NCBI GenBank assembly: GCA_965637545.1
Contig: OZ281499.1
Coordinates: forward strand, 7,812,001-7,876,000
Direction: 5' to 3'
Length of the DNA stretch: 64,000 nucleotides
Source of the DNA: Phallusia mammillata
Taxonomy: Eukaryota
In this document: in pieces, positions 49,160-62,500 of the stretch
Position numbering within the stretch: position 1 is the stretch's first letter
How the letters are laid out: every line of letters starts with the position of its first letter
The notes under the pieces: model-generated
Databases searched by the model: none
The model's input: only the letters and a program-made list of their open reading frames with translations
Told to the model about the DNA's origin: nothing
Made by a program: the position numbers and the translations under genes

Positions 49160-52100
49160 ATGGATTCGAACGGCGCCGAGAAGACGTCGCCCCATTATGA
49201 TGTAACAACGAAAAACGCGTCGCAGCCGAAACGTAGACTCTCAGATCCTTGCCAACAGATTCAGACTCCCAAGATGGACGCGCAGTATTATTATGAGAAT
49301 GCCAAGAGTGGCAATGAAGAAAAGTTTACTTTACCTAGCGATGTATTTCACAACGCTGCTTTGATGCAAAGTCAATACGCAGCTATGATGTTTCACGCAA
49401 GAAATCACAAGATAAAGCACAACAGCTCTGAAACGAAACCAGGTTTATTTGTTCAACAGTACCCACAACCTGCTGTACGGGAAGTCTTGGGCGGGTATTT
49501 AGAGCAGATGTACTCGTCCTTGTACGGGTACAACTCGCATCAGATGACTAACTCAATTTTGCAGCACCATCAAAACACCGAGCAAGTCGCAGATGCTGGT
49601 TCAAGGCAGCAACGTGTTTCGAATGAACTGGCAAGCGTGAAACAACGCAACTTGACAGAGGATCAAGTAAGTTTCCAATCTGAAATTTCGCGGCATACAC
49701 GCCACGATTCGATTGACAAGCAGGAAAACGATATACATGCAAAGGCCCAGGCTATTAAAACAGTAGACGCTGACAAACTTCTTGAAGTCGAAGCCAAAAA
49801 TGGTGTCATAAAACAAGAAAGGTATGAGGATCACGAGCTCAGAAATCCACTTATTGTTGGAAATTCAAAACAAGAGGCTGTACACCCGCTGGTACAGCTC
49901 AAGAGCAATGATAATCAGACCAAACCGTTGGCACCATCGACAACCAGCTCCGATGAAATATCACCTTTTACGCTGGCTGCGTCGGCAGACGGTAAACCTG
50001 CTAAGGAAGGATTCTTTTTGCCGTTTGGCCAAACCAGGGTTGAGTCTAAATACTCAGGGGATTTGAAACTTTCTGCCGGACTGCAAAGTAGCGATGGGAA
50101 ACGTGGAGCGATGGAGGCAACATCTGGGGAGGCGGAAGAGCATCGTCGAAAAAAATTGCGCATTGACAGTAAAGGCGACGAAACATCGCCGCGCAGGCCC
50201 AAAACAACACAAGAAAGAAAAGTATCAGATCCAGAATTTCCCGTTAAAACCGCAATTGACAACAAAGGAATTGATAACTTGGAGCACGAAGTTCTACTCG
50301 CTGCTCTGTTGCAGAACAACCCGACGACGGCTTTGGATCCAAGCGCCGCCGCAACCATCCAGCAAATATACGCAAAGGCTCTGGAAAATAGCGGTTTGCC
50401 TAATCCAATTAAATGGATGTTTCCACCCGCCATGATGATGCTACAGCAACAAAACGAGCGACCAATGACGCCACCTGAGCGTTACCTTGACAACGATGAT
50501 GACGTTTTCAGCAGTGATGACGAAATCGACGTTTCCAACGACACTCTGGGCCCGCGGGAGGCCACAAAGGCGCCGGTTTTTAAGCCCAACGCCTCAAGCA
50601 AAGGCGACAACAATAGCAACAACAATATACTTGCCATGTATTCCCTTTTATCAAAACAAGGAAAGCGAATGAGCACAGATGAAGGTCAAGACGCATTCAT
50701 GAATCGCTACTTAAGTGAATCTGAAAATACGAAACCCACTACAAATCATTTTACGCCTAAAAAAGCTTTTACGCAAGGTAAAATGGTCAATCGATACTTA
50801 CATAAGCGAGATAACGATTGCAAGTAAATTGTCATAACGGCAGGCGGTTATGCCATTGCTTTATTGTTAACATCGATTTGTTTTTTTCCGGTAGCACAAT
50901 CAGTCCGAACCAATGGTCAGCAAACTGTCAATTACAGACTCCAAACGAGTCAACGAAATGACGAGGCATTTGACTGTCCATCTGCAGGTCAGTGTGTCAA
51001 ATAAAAGACAAAAAGGCTAAAAATAAAAATTAATTTCTTAATGCCCAACGATGTTTTGTAAACACCGTGTGAAATTAAGAAACAATAATTGAATTTTTAT
51101 TTGTTTGTATAATTATCTCTTGTTAACATTACTTAATTTTGTGAGCAATGCAAAGAACCCAAGTTTCAATTCCAGAAAAGTCTCCAAACCTGTCGGATTC
51201 TGACAACAAAAAGAAATTGCGTAGAAACCGAACGACATTCACGACCTTTCAGCTACACGAACTTGAACGAGCATTCGAGAGATCACATTATCCGGACGTG
51301 TACAGTCGCGAAGAGTTGGCGACTAAAATCAACTTGCCTGAAGTCAGAGTTCAGGTACGAAAATCAAGTTTTCAAAAAATAAAAATGTTTTGGAACCATT
51401 GTTTAAAAGTTGTGCAGTGTTTGAGTCGAAAATAATTGAAGTTAAAAAAATATTTAAATCTGGTTTGCTCATGATAGTGACATATGGTTCAAGTAAGAGG
51501 CATATACTAACTACCAATAAACCGCTTAACGCTAATTTATTGAATAACCTTAATCTGTTAAACGATTATAACACACTAAGACAAAGGAGTATTAATGGGT
51601 TTGGCGAGTAATTTCCAACAATGCGATAAACTTTTAAGCCTTCGTTGCTTCGTTACAAGAAACAACATCAAGCAAATTTTCACCAAATAAAAAATAAGTT
51701 TCGGTCTTTTCTAAAAGGTGGCAGCGTTAATGCGTTGGTTTTCAGCCAACATAACACATGCTTTGTCCCCAATAACAAAGCTAAATTTTAGTAGAAAAGA
51801 TTTACCACCGTAAACCAAGAATTTGCCTAAGCTTGTATTGGGACAAAGCAACAAAAATTACAACATAACACTAATGAATTGGCAATCACTTGACACGATA
51901 TAATTGACTGCAGACTTTGCCCAATCACCAAGCGGGCAATTTCTCACTCAGCGATGACAACAAGGCCGTAATTTGAAATGCATAATTAACGACGGGTTGT
52001 AAAAATCAGCCATCTGCAAGTCACGGCCATTGCTGGGTGGAATTGTCGCGACCCAATGTTGCTAAACTACGTATGGATAATTCATGACAAATAATAAACC

Positions 52101-53558
52101 GGAAAAAAGATCCCTAGGGCAGGTAATTAAACGCAGGTGCTTTTTCGCAACTTCTTCCACCAGCTAATGCTACAAACGCTTATCATTAATTCATTTTGTG
52201 GTCTGTCGTCGTGCAATCATAGAGGAGCCCGATTTAATCGGGGTGAACAGTTAAGAAGAGGTGCCAAAAAGCGAGACCACAAGCGTTCCAGTCTGTAAAC
52301 TTGTAAATGGCGAAGAGATACACCCTGACAGAAAGGGAAGGGTTTATTCTAGAAACAACTGGGAAGAGTTTGAATAATGAATTACCGTCACCTGTCAAGA
52401 CTTCAATCAGATTTTTGCATCTTGATTTCTTGCAGATGGTACAGATTACGACATAAAGTGTATCCAATACGTTTAGCTATCACCTCTTCTTATCAGTGGT
52501 GACCTTTTCAGCACAAACACAATCATTTTTACACTGACTGATAGATTTTCTGTTTAGATCAAATTTCCATTTTCCTAAATCGGCAACAGTTCTTACGCAG
52601 GGTCATACCTTACGAGGTAAAAAGTGGTTTTACATTTAGAACGTCCGCGATCTAATTAGACGATGTAATTGTCACAAAGAAAACGTTTCGCTACTGCAGA
52701 CTTGTGTTACGCAGTTCTTTGTATAGTGGGATTAGTTTTCCCGTCACAAATACCTTTACTGTCTGAAAGTTGACTTGGGAGTTGGGCCATCATCTTAAAG
52801 ACATTACTTTCTTACCGTGCAGGTTTGGTTCCAGAATCGGCGAGCAAAATGGCGACGGCAAGAAAAAGTCGAGGCGTCCAACCACGAAAGAGAGCTTGAA
52901 AATTGTAGCCATTCCACCGCTCTTGGTAAGAGAGTCTAAAAATGACTTATAGAGAAAACGTCCTTTACAATAGTGAAACACATTTTCCAGCTTTTTGTCG
53001 CTTTGACTGATCGCCCTTAAAACGTATTATTTAATTACAGGGCCGACCGTCTCAGGCAAGTTTACCACAAAGCCAACCCCAACCGAGCATTTCACTCAGA
53101 GTGATCAAACACCAAGAAGCCCGATGTCGCCCCCTACCGGACAACATTTAAGCAAATTTCCAAACCCATCCAGTGCATTCTCCATTCCATTTTTATCGGG
53201 AATGTTTTCGAGTTCCCGTGAGTCGATGTTCACTGCGCCAAACGCTGGGGTTCTAAAAAACGCTCTTACCGAATCTTTAGCGCCACAAGGCGGTAACTTT
53301 TTTACAAAGTTGTCGCCTCCATTCGGCGCTCATGACTTAGATTCAAAGTATGCCTTGCCGCTGCAACTTTTGTGCGCATCCCAAGCAAAAGAAGGAAGGT
53401 CACTTTATGAGTCACAACTTTTTGATTGCCGAAAAGAAGACAAAGAACGGTCCCTGTCTCGACAAACCATGTCTCCAGAAAGAAGTCCCGAAGGAAACAA
53501 ACCCTACCCGTCAAGCTTTGAGCAAAACGAAAAAGTTGCCCTGATGTCTCGAGAGTAA
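49160..53558 (+). CDS. Rx: Retinal homeobox protein Rx (paired-like Q50 homeodomain), ~836 aa
   Basis: Exons 49160-50777, 50895-50987, 51176-51354, 52823-52925, 53041-53558; phases 1,1,0,1; 2511 nt open. Homeodomain [46 protein letters not shown]|[15 protein letters not shown] is nearly identical to vertebrate RAX, with the conserved intron between Q46 and V47. Confidence 0.93.
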
Positions 53559-55250
53559 TCGTGTAAAGCAAAGACAAACTGTTTTTCGCGTAAAATCATT
53601 GTGAGCCTTTGTCTTTCATTTATTAGAAAATTTGGGACAAAATGGGCGCCGTTTTTCTTCTTAAATGCGTGTTTAACAATGATGCGGTTGGATGTTTCGG
53701 TGTTGTTCATACTTCAACGGCTAATTTTTCAATTTTTGTACATATTGAAGTTGTTTACCTAGTTCCTCTATATAGCATGATTTACTGTATTTTATGAAAA
53801 TACAAAACAATGTTTTTTGTGCTGAAAATGTTTGTTGACAATAGAAATCATGCGAAAAATTACTGAAGTATCGCAAAGAGTATTTGTGCTTCAAAATTAT
53901 GGGAAAAAATACAAATTTGGATCGCTCGGTGCATTGTTACCACCGCTTGGTGCAGCGTTCTATCACTTGTTGTACCTTTTTAATGCTTTTTGTACTGTTT
54001 CATCAATTGGTGCTGTTTTATATCCCTAAGTGCATATCTTTATATCGCTTGGTGGACCTTAACATTACTAGGTGTAGGCTAATAGTGTAGCCTACCAAGC
54101 GATCCAAGCTAGCCTGTATATTTTAGATGTAGGCTCTCCTATTAAATATAACATCCATTACCTTTAGTTCAAGTAATAACAGAATTACCTTGTTTGTTGT
54201 CATGAAACAATTTCGCAAGCATCCTTTAATCTCCAAGTTATTACCATAGTGATGAGAATCCAAACCAAACTACTCTCTCATTGTGGAAGGTCCACATCTA
54301 CAGAAGTTAACAGTCGCAAAAAGTTGTGGTCAACGAATTTTACAATGATTGCTGCAACAACTAGACCTTTTAAAGATTAACCTAAAATGTTTGAGACAAA
54401 TGTACTAATCAATAAAGTCTGTATAAAACAAACTGTTTTATATAGACTTTGTTATTCAGGGCATAAACAATGCACACATGTAAATCATATTAAATATTCG
54501 CCAATGCTTCCAAAGAATTTTCGACCGTTTTGTCACCGAAATGATTGTTGATGTCTCTTAAAACACAAGTATCTTTTGCCACCACTCTAAACTTTTCGGA
54601 TATGCATAACTCTTAATCATATAATTTTGCAAAACAAAAGGACTTAGGGTCTACCAAAAATACACTGAGAAAAAGCGCGAAATACTGCTGGCGTCACAAT
54701 GGATGGAAAACAATGTCCAGCCATCCGTATCTTTGTATTAAGAAGAAAAATGCAAGCATTAAATTTGTTTTAAATCAATTTAAATAATTTAAAATCTCAC
54801 ACAATTTTTGCAATGAAAAATTGCAGTGAATGTACGCACACAAATAAACATATTTTTCCAAATGCAGTTACGGGAAAACACCTATTCTGCTCTTAGTTAC
54901 GGACAGCAGGTGGAGGTATAGAGGTTGTTGATTTTATATGTTATCTTGAATCAAGATCAAGTGTATGATAGTTTATTTCGAGAATTAAGGCACCGAAACC
55001 AATATTGATAAAGTATTGCATTTGGTTGATGCAGGTAGTGTACTTGTTGGGATCAAATCCATTTTAGCCGAAAGGATTTATCTTATTTTTGCGAGTGTGA
55101 CAAGGCTTTCAGAAATATATTTTTAATTTTTTAAAGTTAAAGTTTCACACCGTTGTTTTTCCTTCAAATTATCCAAAACAACTGTTAGTAAATTGGAGAA
55201 AAATATGTTAATAATGCCCTTCTATTATGGTATAGCTGGTTTTTAGGAAA

Positions 55251-56294
55251 ATGGAAGAAGATGTACCTGAGCATCATGTTAAAAGAGAATACTGCGAGAC
55301 AAGACCCAACTACAGAAAAGGGAAACGAAAAACATGTGTGCGAGTGTTTACTGTCAATACTGAATCAAAGTATTTGATTGTGACTGAGGTTCCAAGCCCA
55401 GCATTGGAAAGTGATTTAATTAAGTTATTTTCTGCCTTCGGAACATTGAAACATGCCAGAGAGTTACAAGATTACCCTCAAGAGGAATTTGTCAAAACCT
55501 ATTTGATGGAATTTCAAGATATACAAGCTGCAAAAACTGCCAAAAAATATGCTGATGAAAAATACTTTTATGGGGGCATGCTACATGTTTGTTATGCTCC
55601 CGAATACGAAACTGTTTCTGATGTCCGAGAAAAAATTATTTATCGCAGACAATCTGTGACTTTACGAACTAAAGTTTTAGAAAAAGAATCCAGAAGGCTG
55701 AACAAAGGTAAAAACGCACAGGGGAAGACAAAAACCAAGGATGTTAAAACTGGACAAAAATATAACACAGTAAAAGTTCAAAATTCAATATCAGAGGAAG
55801 TCTCCCAACCACAAGCTTGTTCCCTAAATGATCAACCATCCAGCATTGCAGTAAATTATCCCAGTCTCGAGCAAAAGCCAACGAACCCCATTCCTTGCAA
55901 TAACTTTGGCATCCCCTTGTTTTTACCTCCTCCTCCTCCTCCTCCTCCACCACCATATTTTGATTCAACCCATGAAACAATATTTGCTGCAGAAACAAAC
56001 AAAACTTTGCATCATACTGAAAGAAAGATGGATGATCAACCTAAAAATCTTCAAGATAAATCAAAATGTATTGTGAAAAAAACATCACGCCTAAAAACTA
56101 GAACTGGATACTTCCATCAAAAATTTGTTGAAACTATGAATAAGAAGTTTCCCGAATCTAGCAAAAACGACTCCACTGTGTTAAATTTAGTTGCTAAGAA
56201 AGTCAATTTAAATTTTAAGCCACCACCATTCCAGCCTAGGAACATTAAAATTAAAAATAGTACCACTGATGTGACCTCAACTAAGAGTTGTTGA
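55251..56294 (+). CDS. RBM48: RNA-binding protein 48 (minor spliceosome factor), intronless CDS, 347 aa
   Basis: Single ORF; RRM region VRVFTVNTESKYLIVTEVP...DYPQEEFVKTYLMEF..IQAAKTAKKYADEKYFYGGMLHVCYAPEYET matches RBM48 (FFGGLLHVCYAPEFET). A (CCT)n polyproline run lies at ~55926-55952. Confidence 0.93.
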   Translation: MEEDVPEHHVKREYCETRPNYRKGKRKTCVRVFTVNTESKYLIVTEVPSPALESDLIKLFSAFGTLKHARELQDYPQEEFVKTYLMEFQDIQAAKTAKKYADEKYFYGGMLHVCYAPEYETVSDVREKIIYRRQSVTLRTKVLEKESRRLNKGKNAQGKTKTKDVKTGQKYNTVKVQNSISEEVSQPQACSLNDQPSSIAVNYPSLEQKPTNPIPCNNFGIPLFLPPPPPPPPPPYFDSTHETIFAAETNKTLHHTERKMDDQPKNLQDKSKCIVKKTSRLKTRTGYFHQKFVETMNKKFPESSKNDSTVLNLVAKKVNLNFKPPPFQPRNIKIKNSTTDVTSTKSC

Positions 56295-56532
56295 TACAAA
56301 CTAGCATCATGCTGAAGAAGATATATGCTATGTAAAATCAGCTACTTCTGTTGATTTCCGTTTTTTTAGCATTTACTCTTTTATTTATTGTTATTCTTGG
56401 TTGGCAAAAGATATGAGAAAATTACACAAAAACATTTTTTCATCTTTTTCAAATCATGCTGCAATTTTTTTTTATTTTTTGCAGTGTTTTAAAATGTAGG
56501 TTAACACCATTGGGATTTAAAATTTGACGAAA

Positions 56533-59500
56533 ATGGCTAAAAAAGGCAAAAAGAAGGGAAAGGGAGGAGGCAAGGCTAAGAAGAAAAGTGGTAAAAGAGA
56601 AGATGAAATGTCATTGAAAGAGGCAATAATGGCTTTCCAGTGAGTAGTGTTAAGTTTGGCACTGGTAACTGAACTGAAGTCCACTTGTCGTCTACTTGAC
56701 TGAGTTAAACCCTATACTACAGGCTTTATCACCCAATAATCCGATCAATAAACATTTTTTTAAATAAAACTTTTACTCAAGGCTAGTTTTGTACATTTTT
56801 TTATTGAATTAAAAAAAAATTGGAAATTTTATCTATTAAAATTATTTTTAGGACAAAGTACTTGTAACATACCAAAGATACACTTATGTCTATACTCATT
56901 TTTTTCATTTGATCCAAAGGCTTAAAGTTTTGTGTGCATTTCTATCTAGCATTATGAAATCATTATAATAAGCAGCCTAAATGCAAAAATCTACTCGTGC
57001 ATTACATATATATAGTAAAGGCTTGAAAATTCTAAGGGTACATAATTTGCAGAATTCAAGTGAAAGAGAAAACTTCTGAAGAACTTCAGTTTGAAATAAA
57101 AGGCCTCAAGGAGAAAAATAAACGTTACCAAGAAAGGGTAAATTTTTTGTATGTTCACATTTTTTGGTTCATAACAAACATTTTACTGTGTTTTCTGACT
57201 CTAAAGACCAAGAATAGTATAAGATACAGTGATGTTTACTTTGAAATTGTGCAGAACTGTATGCAAATTGTTTTATTATATATGTCGCTGAAAAAATGAA
57301 ATAATAATATTAACAGACTTCCAAGAAAACAGACTGCTAAATGGTGGACTTATTGTGAGAAAAACTCATTCAGGTGTTGGTTACTCATCGAGGTTAAAAA
57401 TGAAACAAACAAATCGTCTTCAGCCAAACTAAAACACTTATAAAATAGAATTTGTGTGAAATATTTTCATTTTTAAGTCATGTTTAGGATTACAAATGAC
57501 TGCATAGGACCGCTTCGCAATTTTAAGGGCACAAAAGTTTTCAAGATTTAATTTGATAAATACACACTTTCTGACATAAAAAAAAATGATGGATGGTTTA
57601 CTTTCTTCTCAAATCCCCAAACGAACCTAAATATGTCAACCACTGCATTAACTCAATTGTAACTCACTCAGGTAACATTATAAAACTATTTCAACAATTG
57701 TCATTAAAGCAAATAACTTTACCTATGTTAATATGTAATGACTACACTGAAATGCATTTAGGACAGGAATCAAATAAAAACAACAGGAATAGAAACAATA
57801 TTGGCTCAACATAAAATGTACACCACACAAATGATAGGAAAAAAAACTAGTTAAGTCAGGCCTACAATTTAATAAATACATTAAAATTTTGTCAACATAT
57901 GCCTTGTACATTTGTAGAATGCTAGGTTGAAAGATGAGCAGTTTATTCACATCAAAACATTGCTACGGCAAGCCAAGGAGCAGGAACAGGAGTTGGAACA
58001 AAAAGAAGTTTACAACAGTGAACATGTGGAGCAAGCACTAAAGGAGAAATGGGATGCTGGAAGGACTGAAGAAGAATCACTTGATGGTATTTTTACTGTA
58101 AATTGTGGCTTAGTGAATTTCAAAATACAATTGCTCCTTACTGGATGTAGCCAATGTTGTAGTTTTTCCAAATGTATACAGTTCCGTTAAATTTGTCCTG
58201 TGATAATACACTGATGGTGCTTTTATGATGAAGTATATTTCTGTTAAACAAGAAAAAACATTTTTTTTGTGGAAATAAACTTTTCAAACTTGTGGTTTCT
58301 TTTTGCAGTACTGGATTAACGCTATACATCAATTAACACATATTAATAGGGACATTTTAGTACTGTTTAACAAAAATTCTAAATCGAAATCACACTTTTT
58401 AAATTGACATCGTTGTCGTGTTCATGCCTATTACTTCTTTTTTACACTTTCTCAGAACTAAGACTTAAAATTGCCAGAACTGATCAAGATTATGGACAGC
58501 TTCGTGCAGAAGTTGATTTCTGGACCAGTTACAAAAGTTTTGGGGCAGATGAACACAAAACCCAGGTACGTTTACGTATTTCATCAACCAAGGTCAATGT
58601 TAGTGATGGGACGAGTACTCGGTATCGATGGTATCGAACTATTTCAGTGGTACCAATACTCGTATTCGGTATCGAAATATTTTTGTCTCAGTTTTCGCTA
58701 CCAACATGCAAGTACCGAAGGCCGATTTACACCATATAAATACGGGCAACTTTATGCCAATATTTGCTTTGGACAGCACAAAAGTGGAAAAAAAATTCGC
58801 CAGTTTACATGTATCTTTTTCTCTATCACGTATTCGGCATGTGTGTGTACACGCCTGTACCCCGACCATGGCAGAAAAATTAGCCAGTGATATACAACTA
58901 AGTACAACACTACACTTAAGTACTCGGTACTCTGTATCAAAGGTATATACATGTGGTACTCGGTATCAGTACTCGCTTTAAAACCTGGTATTGTCCCATC
59001 ACTAGTCAATGTAAAAATGTCCTTTTGACTATTTTAGATTCATTTGCTGGAAACAGAGCTAGAGGATATGCAGACCAACTTTGATGACATGTGTGGTATG
59101 TGCAGCTATTTATATATTTATAATTGTTTTACCATCTGTTGATACTCTAAACGAGTGGTTTCCAACTGGGATGGGGACCCCATGGAAATCCCGGGATTTA
59201 AAGCTTTTTTCTTATCCTGATCCAGGGATGATTTTTGTTGAAATCATGGGATTAAACCTAGATTACACCCAGGGGCATATCCAGAAATTTTTAAAGGCAG
59301 GGTCCAACATTTTTATTAGGGAATGTCCCTAATGTGAAGTCATTAGATTTGCTTTGGAAAATTTTCCTCACAAATGTGCTAGACCGCATATGACATCGTT
59401 GCCAGTAGTTATACCGTTGCCTATTTCGTTTTCTAGTTTAAAACGACATGTTAAGCGGCAAAGCGCTGCTTTGTCCAGAATTGTAAGCAGGCCCAAATCC

Positions 59501-62500
59501 GAAAGTACAATACTGAAACCCAGTACAACTTTGAACTTTGGCACTTTCACCAGTTCGGAGCCATTTAGGCAAGGGCACTAGCTTCTACCGTTATCCAATT
59601 GACAGAAAGAATATTTGATTTTAGCCATATCTCTGTATTTCCTCCTTTTGTCGCTGCTAATTGCTTACTTGGCAAATCTGCAGCAAGATTAGCGTGACTG
59701 TCACGTAATAACAATGGTTGTTTTTAAAAAACTGGGAACAACATCCAAAGGCTGAACGCCTTTCTAAAACGTCAATCCAACTGTTAAGTTGCGCAAGGTT
59801 ACAAATGCACTAAAGTTCTTAACTGTAGAAGGCATAAACTGTGCCAAGCATTGGCAAGTTACAAATCATGTGTCCCTTTATAACAAAACTTGATTAACAT
59901 CGATGCAATGTTTGTAACAAACTATTAAGTGTTTGGCCAGTCGAAACAATACAACATTAAACGTTTTTACCCATTCTTGTGACTTTTTACATTGTTTAAA
60001 TGCAAAAACTGATCGATATGTTAAATTTCGGCAGTTAGCACTTCGCAAGAAATCACAAACATTGTCCTAACCGGAACCGCGTTGCCATTAACAGATAGAT
60101 ATATTACTTATTATGGACAGCTGCAGCATACATGTTAAATCTTAAAGTAGCATGGTAAACTGAAGAGATAATAAAGTAGTGAAGTTTGCATTGGTAACAT
60201 TGAATAACACCGCTTGTCTGTTCATGCACCCACATTAAATTAATTGCTCTTTTCAGTTTGGGGAAAACAATCTTATCTTCCTTAAATAAGAGTTCACTAC
60301 ACGAAAATATGTGTTTAGCGCAACACACAGTCTGTTTCAGTACACTAAAAATGCAGCTCAAAATGTGTCTTTTTAGCACAGCATTTTATTCCCAGGATCA
60401 AAAAGTAAAAATCCTGAGAAATCCTGATCTTGGTATTTTCCAATTTAGGTCTGAAATCCCAACCCTATTTTCAACCCCTTTTCAAAAATATCTGATTTTT
60501 TCTGAACTTATCTGATTTGGATATATGGCTAAAACTCATGATTGTGCTAAAATACATTTGGTATATATTTGTTTATGGGTGCATTTGTTTAAAACTAGAT
60601 AAGGTTTTTTGTGTGAGTTTCTTTATTATCGCTTCTTTATTTGCCCTAGCTCATTTGAAAAAGCAGCTTGATGCTGCAAAAATGGAAGTCAAATCTCACA
60701 TGGACAGATGTATGGCTGAACAGAAGTATCTTGCATCTGAGAAAGCAATGGGAAAACTTGACCCAATAAGTGTTCAAGAAGTTCATGAAAACGAATGGCT
60801 GAAAAATGAGGCTGAGATTCATAGGTTTGTGTTGTTGTCCTAAAGAAAACACTTCACACTCAATACATTTGTTGCTTTTAACACACAAAAGCATTTAATA
60901 TTGTTGTCTTAAGCCCCTGTTTCTTAACCTTTCTTATTGGCCCTTACGTGGATAATGTAAAAGTGTTGTGGCCCACTATGTTATTTAAACCTACTTGTTT
61001 TAGTTGAAAACTTGCTGTTCAAAACAGCAAACCAGTTTCTTAATTCTTTTGGGTGCCAATAAAAGTGCTTGGGCTGGACATTTTACTCAGCCGACTGTTA
61101 AAACTAAACCTAACATTTTTGCCTAGGTCTGTGGCCTGCTTGCAAACTGCTCCATGGCCCATATGTTAAGATTCACTGTTTTAGGCAGTGGTTTCCAGTT
61201 TATTTCAGATAGTGGTTTTATGAAGTAGTTCCATTGGGAAGTCTTTGGTTTTTCTTCAACCATGTCACGTTTTGTAATTATGAGCCCCCAAAAGGTGAAA
61301 ATAGTATGCGCTGTCTGCCCTTACTCAATGTGCAACTAATCCATTCTATACATTCATAACGATGTTCCTGATAAACCACTTTGTTCTGTTTATAGTAAAA
61401 ATGACACAACCATCATCTTTATTAGAAGAAAAGCTGGTTTAATGAAAAACTCGTGAAAATAACTTTTGCATCACTGTAGAGCACAAGAACAACACCTTCG
61501 TGAAAGATTGGAAGATCTTGAGCGCGAAAACTTAGAAATTATCAGTGAATTGCTTGACTGTCGACAGGAAGATCTGAAAATTTCAAGGTTAGTTGGGATG
61601 TTCTTTTTCAAGTTTGTTTTCCTATTCACAATGTGTTTTTACAGAAACTTTTACATGACCCAGTTTGTTGACAATGATGCTCTGATTGATGAAAACATGG
61701 CAGACATGGATTTGAAACAGATGTCTGTGTATAAAGATGGTGGAAGCACACCAGATGTATTCACCCCTGCGCAGATGGGTACTTATGGTGCAAAATATAC
61801 ACATGTATATATGGGTCACATTTCTTGAAGGGGGCACATCTTGATTTCAAACCATTTTTTGTTCTCTGGTGAAGTTTGTACATGCACTTCTGGCATGAAG
61901 TCTTTGATGGATTTGGATAAAACTTTCACAGATGATAGATATAGTCATGTAGATGTGCCATCTGTTTGACTTGATCGCCCCAATATTTACCCTACTAGCC
62001 CCCCAAACTCTAAAACGTTTTTGTATGCTGCTGGACGCTTTCCAGGTAGAAGTCAACACCCTATGACAGCCTCTCCAGGGGTCAAAATTTTAAACATTTG
62101 CCGATTTGTATACAATTTTACTGGACTGTAGTTGGGTCATTATGGTTTGGTTACTTATTAGTTTAGGTGTGGAACCCTATCAGTCACCCCACTAACCCCA
62201 TAATGGATAAACTTTTAAACAATGTCTGAATTGGATGAAATTAGGACAGTTTATAGAAAACACCATTTTGAAGTATCGATTGATGTGTTTTACCCTGTAG
62301 CCCCATCATTTATGTCACTAACTAAAATAATCACATTTTAACTTTGTTACCATTTTATATTTTCGCTTTACAGCTATTGAAGATCGCCCAAGAAGTGCTA
62401 TGCAAGCAGCTGTGGAGGACAAAGTATTTTCCATCATGCCACCTCAGGAGGAGCTGGATGAAGATGAGGAAGAAGAGAATGATGAGGATCAAGATGCTTA

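Noticed and set aside
56655-56710. miR-96/183-like sequence tttggcactggtaac in CCDC83 intron 1
   Set aside because: The seed resembles the family, but the surrounding sequence forms only a weak, mismatch-rich hairpin.
59154-59300. Charlie-like left end (gagtggtttccaac) and caggggcatatccag hAT-like left end
   Set aside because: No matching right ends or TSDs were found, so boundaries cannot be supported.
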